This document shows, one piece after another, positions 16,453 to 23,533 of a stretch of DNA of 32,000 nucleotides. The stretch spans positions 786,486 to 818,485 of the forward strand of contig OZ252033.1 of NCBI GenBank assembly GCA_965247795.1, given 5' to 3'. Position 1 is the stretch's first letter. The number at the start of each line of letters is the position of its first letter. The position numbers and the translations under genes are program-made. This DNA is from Nitrospira sp. Lineage in GTDB: Bacteria; Nitrospirota; Nitrospiria; Nitrospirales; Nitrospiraceae. Under the pieces are notes generated by a model. It saw nothing but the letters and a program-made list of their open reading frames with translations. It did not search any database and was not told where the DNA came from.

Positions 16453-18473
16453 CAGTGCACATGGTCGTCCGGCGGCGGCAGGATTTCCTTCTCCCGGTTG
16501 AGTTGATCGATCTGCCTCATCAATGCGCCGATGTCTGTCCATCCCGCCCCGTCCCCTGCAGGGATCCAGCGCGCCCGCAAATAGCCGTACCGGTCCACGA
16601 GGAACTCCATGTGTGGTGGGATTGTCCCCTCGCCGAACAGATCGGGATTGGCGAGGGTTCGACGGAACAAGGCGTAGCTGTGCGCGATCTTCGTCGCACC
16701 CTGCGTCACCACCGGGAAAGGCATGTCTGCCGTGATCGCCGCCATCTCCTGTGGGGTGGGGTCATGCACGGGCACCGCCAGTACCACCGTCTTGCCGCGA
16801 CTGATCGTGGTGTACGCCGCCCGCAACTGCTCGAGCCGCGCGCGCGACTCCGGCCACGAAAACAGGACCAGCAACACCGCAGTTTGTCGGCGGAAGTCCT
16901 CCAAGGTGCCGCTCGACCCGTCATGCGCGGAATAGGAGAAGTTCTGCGGGGCCATGTAGGGCTGATCGGGGACGACGCGGGGGCTGATAAGGCGTGCCTG
17001 GTAGCCGCGGGACGTGGCATGGAGAAAGTTCACGACATCCCAGCGATCCTCTTCCGAGAGTTTGTCGGCCCACGCCGGCATGCCTGTACCAGGAATACCG
17101 TGGGTCAACCAGTGGAAAAAATCGCCGACGGTATGCAAGGCGGTGTGCGGCTCCGTGAGCAGATCCACCGGTGGCTTCGCGAAGGTCTTGGCCAGAACGC
17201 CATTGCCCTTGGCTTGGGGTCCGTGGCAGGGGACGCAGTTCACGGCGTAGTGGGTGATCCCGTTGGCAATGGAAATGGCATCGAACGGGACCGGCGTGTT
17301 GCGATAGGTTTCCGGATACGCCTGAACGGCAAGGGCAGGCAGCGCCACGACGAGCGCACAGGTCGCCAGCGCGGCCGGGATGGCAATGCGCCACTTCGTC
17401 TTCCACCGCTTGGTCCAACCGAGGGCGACCGTTCCCCCTGCCAGAACGAGAACGACGATTCCGATCCACACGCGGATCATCACGCTCGGTATGCCCCACG
17501 TGGCGTCGATGGAGAAGCGGAATGGATAGGGCCAGTCCTGAATGACAGCATGCTTTGCCGGTACGGAGTTCGCCAGCAATGTCGCTGCCAACACCAGCGC
17601 GAACGCGAGAACGACTTCGACGGTGATCCACCGCCGAAGTCCTCGTCCGCCGGCCGCATCTCCAGCCCCGTTCAGGCCGAGTGTCGGCAGCCAGACGAAG
17701 CGCGCGCGCGCGGCGATCACGAGAATCACCGCGAGCAACGCAACCTTTGCATTGAGGAACCAGCCGTAGCTCGTCGCGACCAATGCGGCGTAGCTTGTGT
17801 CCACCATGCGATCCGCAACGATGAGGCCGGTTGCAACGACCGCGACCATTACGGGCAGCGCCATTGCCGAGAACTGCTTCAGGGTCTGGAGGTCGGACCG
17901 ATCCGCTTCCTCGCGTGATCGTTTCCCGGTGGCGGCGAACATCACGGTGAGGAAGGCCGGCAGCCCTCCGAACCAGACGCTCGCCAGAACGCGGTGCAGC
18001 GCGTGAGGCAGGACCGCTGTCAGGGACAGTTCTTCGGCTGCGGAATGGCTCGCGAACGATTCCACAGCCAACGTCAGTGCGGCGACCGACGCGCACAGCC
18101 CGTATCGCCAAGGCGCCCTAGGCGACGACCGAACGTAGAGGACCATCCCGCACACGACGAGTGCAAGGGTCGCGCGTACCGTCCAGATCAATCCTATGCG
18201 GGTCTGCTGTACAAGTTCTAGCCAGGCTCCCGGGCGCCACAAATTTTTGGCAACGCCCGTCGCCTCCGCCGTAGTCGTGGCAAGCAAGCCCAGCAACCCC
18301 AGCAGAAGCGGGACCGCTAGCCACGGCAACGCCCGTTCCAGGCGGGTGAGCCATGGGTTGTCGAAGGCGCCTCTCTCGCGCCCGGCAATCGCAAGAAAGA
18401 CGTAGCCGCCGATCAAGATCATGTTGGACGTAAGCTGTAACCAGCGGATCAGCGCGTCGATGACCTCGATCAT
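16452..18473 (-). CDS. copD: CopD-family copper-handling membrane protein fused to a mono-heme cytochrome c domain and a C-terminal thioredoxin-fold (AhpC/TSA/redoxin-like) domain
   Basis: About 10 TM helices in the first ~385 aa. The heme motif CVPCH (17223-17237) is followed by a GTGMPAW Met-ligand context. The C-terminal ~190 aa has a redoxin-like strand/helix pattern (VLLVLFSWPES...GKTVVLAVPV...PFPVVTQG...HMEFLVDRYGYLRARW) but no Cys where the active site would be. The start overlaps the copC stop (ATGA). Confidence 0.9.
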   Translation of the reverse strand: MIEVIDALIRWLQLTSNMILIGGYVFLAIAGRERGAFDNPWLTRLERALPWLAVPLLLGLLGLLATTTAEATGVAKNLWRPGAWLELVQQTRIGLIWTVRATLALVVCGMVLYVRSSPRAPWRYGLCASVAALTLAVESFASHSAAEELSLTAVLPHALHRVLASVWFGGLPAFLTVMFAATGKRSREEADRSDLQTLKQFSAMALPVMVAVVATGLIVADRMVDTSYAALVATSYGWFLNAKVALLAVILVIAARARFVWLPTLGLNGAGDAAGGRGLRRWITVEVVLAFALVLAATLLANSVPAKHAVIQDWPYPFRFSIDATWGIPSVMIRVWIGIVVLVLAGGTVALGWTKRWKTKWRIAIPAALATCALVVALPALAVQAYPETYRNTPVPFDAISIANGITHYAVNCVPCHGPQAKGNGVLAKTFAKPPVDLLTEPHTALHTVGDFFHWLTHGIPGTGMPAWADKLSEEDRWDVVNFLHATSRGYQARLISPRVVPDQPYMAPQNFSYSAHDGSSGTLEDFRRQTAVLLVLFSWPESRARLEQLRAAYTTISRGKTVVLAVPVHDPTPQEMAAITADMPFPVVTQGATKIAHSYALFRRTLANPDLFGEGTIPPHMEFLVDRYGYLRARWIPAGDGAGWTDIGALMRQIDQLNREKEILPPPDDHVH

Positions 18474-18874
18474 TTCTGTTGCACTTTGCCCTTCACCGTG
18501 AAATTGAAGGACGACTCCACCACGTGGCCGTCCACCGATAGCACCCGGAACGTCACGGAATACGTTCCGGACGCCAGGTTCGGCAACGGCAACACGATGG
18601 ATTTCTGGTCATCCGGAGCAAGGTGAAGCGTGACCTCGGTTACGGAATTCTTCTCGGCGTCGAGAACGACAAGCGAAGAGTAGGCGCCTTCAATCTCCTC
18701 GTTGAACCAGAGCCGTATCTGCGACGGCGCCTCGGTGAGGACAGCCCTGCGCGGCGGCTCCGCCTTGACCAGCAAGGCATGTGCCAGTGCCGGGGTGACC
18801 GGCACGCCCATCGCCATCGCCATCACCGCGCCCACTATGACGCGCTTGAGCACGTGAACCGCCAATGCATTCAT
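18470..18874 (-). CDS. copC: CopC periplasmic copper chaperone
   Basis: The start is set at ATG 18874, preceded by GGAGGAG; the 19078 start would add 68 non-signal residues. The signal peptide ends ALA|HALLVKAEP (mature N-terminal His typical of CopC), followed by an Ig-like beta pattern ...GTYSVTFRVLSVDGHVVESSFNFTV. Confidence 0.9.
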   Translation of the reverse strand: MNALAVHVLKRVIVGAVMAMAMGVPVTPALAHALLVKAEPPRRAVLTEAPSQIRLWFNEEIEGAYSSLVVLDAEKNSVTEVTLHLAPDDQKSIVLPLPNLASGTYSVTFRVLSVDGHVVESSFNFTVKGKVQQK

Positions 18875-19320
18875 CGTAACTCCTCCTCGTCCTTGACTAC
18901 TGCGTTCAAGCGCCACGTTGTCCATTTGACTGTCGAGGGCGATTACCTGGACACACGTTGGTCCCACATATGAGGGTTCGGGATGTGACGTAAGTGGTCG
19001 GGGGCCGTGGAAGACTACCCAAGCACCGCAGCGGAATTCACGCGCCGCGTCGCTCCTCAAACGATGGCTGTTCGGCATCCATCAGAGAGCGGTCAACCAG
19101 GAGCATCTGGACGGCGACCTCGACGGGATCGCGTGTCGGTTCGCCCGCCACCTTATCCATCCCAGCATCGTGACACGCTCTTTCATCGGATGGTGCCAAC
19201 GCCATGGCGGTCAATCCCGCTCCCTACTGAGTTGATTGTGAACCCTGTCCGTAGCCCAACCGAAAGAGATGGGGCGGACTTGAGTGCAGGGACTATCCCC
19301 GAATGACTGTCAGACTGCCC

Positions 19321-19908
19321 TCAATTTTGTGCAGGACTCGATTTCTGCTCACGCGGGACCCGGTAGAACGCGAAAAACACGATCACCCCTATACTGGTAA
19401 CTGCTGCGAGCACACCTATGATGTTGAGCCAGGGCCATTTCGGTTCCCCCACGGAGAATGGGAATCGCGAGACATGCGCTTGCTCGTCGCCCACCGTGAC
19501 CAGACCGACGAACTTGCCGGGCTTGTCAAAGGTGTATTCGAAGTCGACCGAACCGGCGGGGTAGACCTTGGGCGGGATGTGTAAGATCGTGATGGCCGCA
19601 AGATCCTGCTCCGAGCCCGTATCCCTGATTATCCGAACCTCGGTGGGCAAAGAGCGGAGTTCATATTCGAGATAATCGAGCACCACCACCGTGTAGCCGA
19701 TCGCCGGAATGTCCTCGCAGAATTGCGTCTCTTGCGTTTGTCGAGGCTGATAGCCGGTGAAGTGCATGTTGTAGGGTCCGATCTTGAGTATGCACAAGTC
19801 CTCTGCCATGGACAGTCCTCCATGAGCCTGAATCTGTGCGGGGTATAGGATTCCGATCGCCAACAACACGCACCAGCACAGCGCTTTCAGATCTTGGAAA
19901 GAGTGCAT
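19321..19908 (-). CDS. AmoD/AmoE (PmoD-family) periplasmic copper protein with a C-terminal TM anchor, paralog 1
   Basis: Signal peptide ending IQA|HGG and a conserved block HG...MAED.C.........HF..YQP......Q.C.DIP..G shared with the neighbouring paralog. It has a single C-terminal TM helix and a GGAGAAAGGA Shine-Dalgarno. It lies second in transcription order, the position of amoD in AOB amoCABED operons. Confidence 0.7.
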   Translation of the reverse strand: MHSFQDLKALCWCVLLAIGILYPAQIQAHGGLSMAEDLCILKIGPYNMHFTGYQPRQTQETQFCEDIPAIGYTVVVLDYLEYELRSLPTEVRIIRDTGSEQDLAAITILHIPPKVYPAGSVDFEYTFDKPGKFVGLVTVGDEQAHVSRFPFSVGEPKWPWLNIIGVLAAVTSIGVIVFFAFYRVPREQKSSPAQN

Positions 19909-19989
19909 GCGGATCCTTTCTCCGGCTTGGCCAATCGTAGACTCGATACTCGCGCACCTGCGTCGTGGGACGGAACCCCTCCTGGCTTT

Positions 19990-20562
19990 CTACGAACGGA
20001 TGGAAGACCACCACCTTCGCACTCGCTTCGATTTCTGGAGTTCATACACAAGCAAGGCCAGCAGCAGCAGTCCGATCACTGGCCCTGTCGCGGAACGCAC
20101 AAACTGCGAATAGCTAGGCGTCTGTACCCGCAACTGGTAGTGCAATGGGCTCAGCCCTACCGGCGTGATGATTAACCTATACAGGCCCTTGTCTAGCCTG
20201 GCTTCGCCCTTGACCACCCCGTCCGGGTGGGAGATCGGACGCCAGAATGCCACCGTCTGCTCTTCTTCTGTCTCGGTGAGTCCCCTCACGACCCGCATAC
20301 TGACTGGCATGGAGCGTAGCTCCCGGTCCACCAGGTCCACGACCAGGAAGGTGTCACCCTCCCCGGGAATGTCCGTGCAGTATTGAGCTTTCGGCTCGTA
20401 TTGAGGCTGGTAGGCGCTGAAATGCACCATGGCCCCACCTACCCTACGCATGCAAGGGTCTTCTGCCATTGCCACGCGCCCATGCCCTGCAGCTGCGCCG
20501 GGGTACAGTACTGCGATAAGGATGAGAATCGTAGCGCCTGCCTGTGTCACTTGCCTAATCAT
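19990..20562 (-). CDS. AmoD/AmoE (PmoD-family) periplasmic copper protein with a C-terminal TM anchor, paralog 2
   Basis: Signal peptide ending AAG|HGR, the same conserved block as paralog 1 (C-x7-M-x-H spacing here) and a C-terminal TM helix followed by basic residues. Confidence 0.7.
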   Translation of the reverse strand: MIRQVTQAGATILILIAVLYPGAAAGHGRVAMAEDPCMRRVGGAMVHFSAYQPQYEPKAQYCTDIPGEGDTFLVVDLVDRELRSMPVSMRVVRGLTETEEEQTVAFWRPISHPDGVVKGEARLDKGLYRLIITPVGLSPLHYQLRVQTPSYSQFVRSATGPVIGLLLLALLVYELQKSKRVRRWWSSIRS

Positions 20563-20703
20563 GACCGGACCCTGCGACTAAGTCCTTCGATGCCTCAATT
20601 CGATCATTCTTGTCTACATTTGATTCGTCGGGTGAGCCCTCCTGGGGCATGATCGGCTACGCACCACTACTTCAGTGCACCCGTCCACCCAGAGGGTCAC
20701 CCA

Positions 20704-21100
20704 GGAGCTAAGTATTTATCATTCTTAAGCCAACTTTTTCAAGTATGTCCGCGTCGCGAGTGTGAGCGTCTGGTCCGTAAGACGAACGCCGAGCGGCGCG
20801 CATGCGGAATCACCTGCTGGAGGCAATTCGTAGCCATGTTGTACTGTCAGCGTAGACGCGCCCATGTCCTGCACGAGAAGATATACGGAGGGCTGACCAG
20901 TTGTGAGGACAAGCTGAACCACGTGGGCATTCAGGCGGCTAAACGCTCTAGCCTAGCCTATGCGAACGAACAATGGCCCTAGTGGCTCGATGCGCAGCGC
21001 TTCTACCAACTCCTTCAACGGTGCCAAGTCGGAGTCCCCCTTCCCCAGAAGTTCCGGTAAAAGAATATTCTCGATCGTTGACGCGCGTCAGAAAAGACCT
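20704..21100 (+). mobile_element. IS4/IS5-superfamily transposase N-terminal remnant (DUF4372-type N-terminus); pseudogene
   Basis: My + strand translation reads QLFQVCPRRECERLVRKTNAERRACGITCWRQFVAMLYCQRRRAHVLHEKIYGGLTSCEDKLNHVGIQAAKRSSLAYANEQWP*WLDAQRFYQLLQRCQ...KFR*KNILDR*. This follows the family pattern FSQL...PR.EF...V.K...ER....F.CW.QF.AM...QL....SLR.I..GL.....KL.H.GI......STLA.ANE.R.W. There is no start codon, three in-frame stops occur, and the DDE domain is absent. Confidence 0.6.
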
Positions 21101-21139
21101 CCTGATGAGGGCTGTTGTGAGCACAGTGCACGGTGGGGA

Positions 21140-21650
21140 CATTGCGTGTCCTGACAGGTTCTCCAGGAATCAGGAGAAGGCGATGCCGGATGGGCTTCGA
21201 GCGAGATGAACTTGCCTCTGATGCCATAAAGATACCCTGACCTATACCAGCACTCGTGGTGATGGGCGATGAGGATCGACGCTCCCTAAAGAAAGAACAG
21301 AGTTCGAGCAGAGTCGCTCCTAGCCGGGAATGGTTCTGAATGGCGACGTAGTACTCAGGCTCAGGGGAGTCTCTGCTCTCGACGAGATGGGGCGGGAGCA
21401 TCAAGAGCCCGATATCGTGAAGCCAGGCGGCGAACTCGAGGTCATGCATCTCATCGACATCGTGCGCCATATGCCTGCCCGATCATGAGCGCTATGGTGG
21501 CGGTTCGCCGCCCATGACCTGCATACCAAGGGAGCGCGCGGTCGATCTCTTTGCTGACCTGGCGGACGAGGATGGGTTCGACGTCGCGGCGTGAGGACAG
21601 CGGGAGAAGGAGGTGGTCGATCTTCTGGAGCAAACCGTGAACTCTCTAGA
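21140..21650 (-). pseudogene. HD-GYP domain (c-di-GMP phosphodiesterase-type) gene remnant, frameshifted and 3'-truncated
   Basis: Three pieces lie in different - strand frames. These are ...ALPWYAGHGRRTATIALMIGQAYG (HD start), then DEMHDLEFAAWLHDIGLLMLPPHLV...HSRLGATLL (HDIG), then HHHECWYRSGYLYGIRGKFISLEA (the HHHERWDGSGYP.GL.G..IPL.A motif). The remnant ends against the IS4-like remnant. Confidence 0.55.
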
Positions 21651-21707
21651 TGCCTGGTTTGATCTCATTATGGGGTATCGACGTGCATACGACATCCTTC
21701 AAGAACA

Positions 21708-21749
21708 ACCCAGAGCCCAAAACCACCAATGTGATGTTGGGCTCTGGGT
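21708..21749 (-). terminator. 13-bp perfect inverted repeat (acccagagcccaa / ttgggctctgggt, 16-nt loop) ~45 nt downstream of the 21795 gene end
   Basis: Read directly from the sequence. The stem is GC-rich. No clear U-tract follows, so it may be a 3' stabiliser or protein site rather than an intrinsic terminator. Confidence 0.35.
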
Positions 21750-21794
21750 GCAAAACCTCTGGCCGCTGAATGGTTTTGGAATAGAAGTAACCTG

Positions 21795-22313
21795 TCAGGA
21801 TTCTTCTTCCCGTTTTCCAGGCCTCAAGGGCTGATTCAGTACCCACATTTCATAGAGCGGTACACTCAGCATGACCAGGAAGCTCAGGGTCATTAAGATG
21901 TCCCCAGTCAGCATCGTGACCACAAAGATGGGTGAGACATAGCTAATCAGCCACGGTGAGAGAAGATCGAGGATCACGCCGCCGAATCCTGCCCAGGTCA
22001 TCGCCGCTTTGAGCCCATGGCTGGCGCTTGTGAGATACATGACATGGATCAAGATCATGAAGATGACCGGCATAGTGAAGAGGTGAAAATGGGTGATTTC
22101 TGCCAGTTCGCGAAAGGACATGGGTTCGCCGAAGGTTGCGTCGGACCCGCGGTAGTGCTCGGCAATACCCTGTGGTGAGAGGCTGGTCATGCTATGCGCC
22201 CAAAAGAAGGAAAAGGTAAAGCCTGCCAGCATCAAGAGTAAAAACATTGTGTACAACAACCGAATGTGGCGATCCGAGTCGCGCAGTTTGAATCGCTGAT
22301 TAAAGTTTCGCAT
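21795..22313 (-). CDS. Hypothetical 4-TM membrane protein with conserved-looking His residues (HYRG loop; THFHLF and LIHVMY in TM2)
   Basis: An ORF with four clear hydrophobic helices, lying 24 nt downstream of the FMN-binding protein gene on the same strand. I recognise no family. Confidence 0.6.
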   Translation of the reverse strand: MRNFNQRFKLRDSDRHIRLLYTMFLLLMLAGFTFSFFWAHSMTSLSPQGIAEHYRGSDATFGEPMSFRELAEITHFHLFTMPVIFMILIHVMYLTSASHGLKAAMTWAGFGGVILDLLSPWLISYVSPIFVVTMLTGDILMTLSFLVMLSVPLYEMWVLNQPLRPGKREEES

Positions 22314-22337
22314 GATAGGACGCTCGGTCCGCTTCAG

Positions 22338-23021
22338 CTAGTTTCCAAAAATGGACGTAAAGAAGCCCTTCTCTGATTTGCGGACAGGGACGGTGTTGCT
22401 GCCGATTCCGGCTGGCTTCAAATAGAACTCATCGATGAGCACCAACACGCGTTTAATTCCTGCGCTCATGGAGCGAACCGACATCGTCGCCCCGCTGATA
22501 TTGATGATGTCTTTATTAATGCGGATGGGATCGTACACCGTCTTGCCTTCATACTGTACGTTGAAGCGCTTTCTGCCGACTTCGCTTCCTCTGGCCTCGC
22601 GAAAGACGAGTAGTTCGACGTTGGAACACGCGCCCGTGGCATCCACGCCGACCATGTAGGTCATGTGTTTATGTTTGCCGATCGTGTTGTGCACCATGGC
22701 ATAGCCGTCGACTTTGTCGCCGGTTTCACCAATGTACAGTTCGAAAGTCTCTTCGGGGAACTTCCAGCCGATGCGCTGCTCGATCACGTCCTTCTTTTCC
22801 TGGCTCAAGCGAATGACTTCTTTGCGGACACGTTGTGACGTGGGTAGGGTGAGCTTCACCGTGGCCTCTTCGGTCATGAACACTTCCGCGTGGTTCATCT
22901 CGTCCTTGGAAAGATACCGCTGAAGTTCGCTATCCCAGATACGGTCCGCCGCGGACAGTTCCGTTGACAGTACAAGCCCGATTAAGAGCAGACTCGAGAC
23001 GAATTTTACGCGAGTGAACAT
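22338..23021 (-). CDS. Periplasmic FMN-binding domain protein (NqrC/RnfG/NosR-N-type) with a covalent flavinylation motif
   Basis: Signal peptide (LSTELSA|AD). The FMN_bind pattern runs G...DGYAMV......G....M.YMVGVD..G....VE.L.F.E..G... and ends in DIINISGATMSVRSMSAGIKRVL. The SGAT codons lie at 22485-22496. Confidence 0.85.
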   Translation of the reverse strand: MFTRVKFVSSLLLIGLVLSTELSAADRIWDSELQRYLSKDEMNHAEVFMTEEATVKLTLPTSQRVRKEVIRLSQEKKDVIEQRIGWKFPEETFELYIGETGDKVDGYAMVHNTIGKHKHMTYMVGVDATGACSNVELLVFREARGSEVGRKRFNVQYEGKTVYDPIRINKDIINISGATMSVRSMSAGIKRVLVLIDEFYLKPAGIGSNTVPVRKSEKGFFTSIFGN

Positions 23022-23467
23022 CCGTGCTCCTCCAGTTTAGCCCCCAGGCGAGTTTGTACGTCACGCATCACCTCCTCAGAGGGATCGGTCGAGGCCCAAT
23101 CAAAGAGTCGTGATCCCCCGACGAAGGCCCAGCGCTGCCGTTGCTCACCAACGCTGATTTTGGTGACGTCATCCAGCCGTTTCACGGTGAGGGTAATACG
23201 AGACCGATCTTTGCTGTCCTCCGACAACTCGCGTTGCAGGACACCGTAGGTCCGTCCCGGCATCGGAATTTCTAGCCAGGTGGTCACGATGAGACCAGCA
23301 TCCCGGTCCTTGGTGGAGATCGACCGGTCATTCACGGACTCGAGGGCAGCCTCCCACGCATGGTCGTAACTGCAGACGGCAAATCGCTGTTGCATGCCGC
23401 TCATGGAGGTGCAGGCATTCAGGAGGAGGGGTGTGATACACAACATTATTAAACAACCGAAACGCAT
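23006..23467 (-). CDS. Lipoprotein, BamC/NlpB-like helix-grip pattern (function unknown)
   Basis: The start is set at ATG 23467 (MRFGCLIMLCITPLLLNAC, lipobox LLNAC). The segment HAWEAALESVNDRSISTKDRDAGLIVTTW resembles the BamC-type motif. The gene overlaps the downstream gene by 16 nt. Confidence 0.65.
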   Translation of the reverse strand: MRFGCLIMLCITPLLLNACTSMSGMQQRFAVCSYDHAWEAALESVNDRSISTKDRDAGLIVTTWLEIPMPGRTYGVLQRELSEDSKDRSRITLTVKRLDDVTKISVGEQRQRWAFVGGSRLFDWASTDPSEEVMRDVQTRLGAKLEEHGCSLA

Positions 23468-23533
23468 TGCCAAGAATTCCTCTTCCCCTTGTTCTCTCCT
23501 CACCATCAGGGCGAGGAGAGGACAATTGAACTT

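Noticed and set aside
16455-18111. 487-aa + strand and 396-aa - strand alternate-frame ORFs across copD
   Set aside because: Their Arg/Gly/His-rich low-complexity translations are typical of off-frame high-GC sequence. The copD frame carries the TM pattern and the CVPCH heme motif.
18875-19078. The 68-aa N-terminal extension of the copC ORF (start at 19078)
   Set aside because: The extension is not signal-like, whereas the internal ATG 18874 has a GGAGGAG Shine-Dalgarno and yields a canonical signal peptide. The extension is probably untranslated.
19038-19205. Unlisted 55-aa acidic - strand ORF (MALAPSDERACHDAGMDKVAGEPTRDPVEV...) between the AmoD/E-like gene and copC
   Set aside because: It is below the ORF-track threshold, has only a weak GGGA upstream, and has no TM segment, signal peptide or motif. 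It cannot be supported from sequence alone but is worth a homology or proteomics check.
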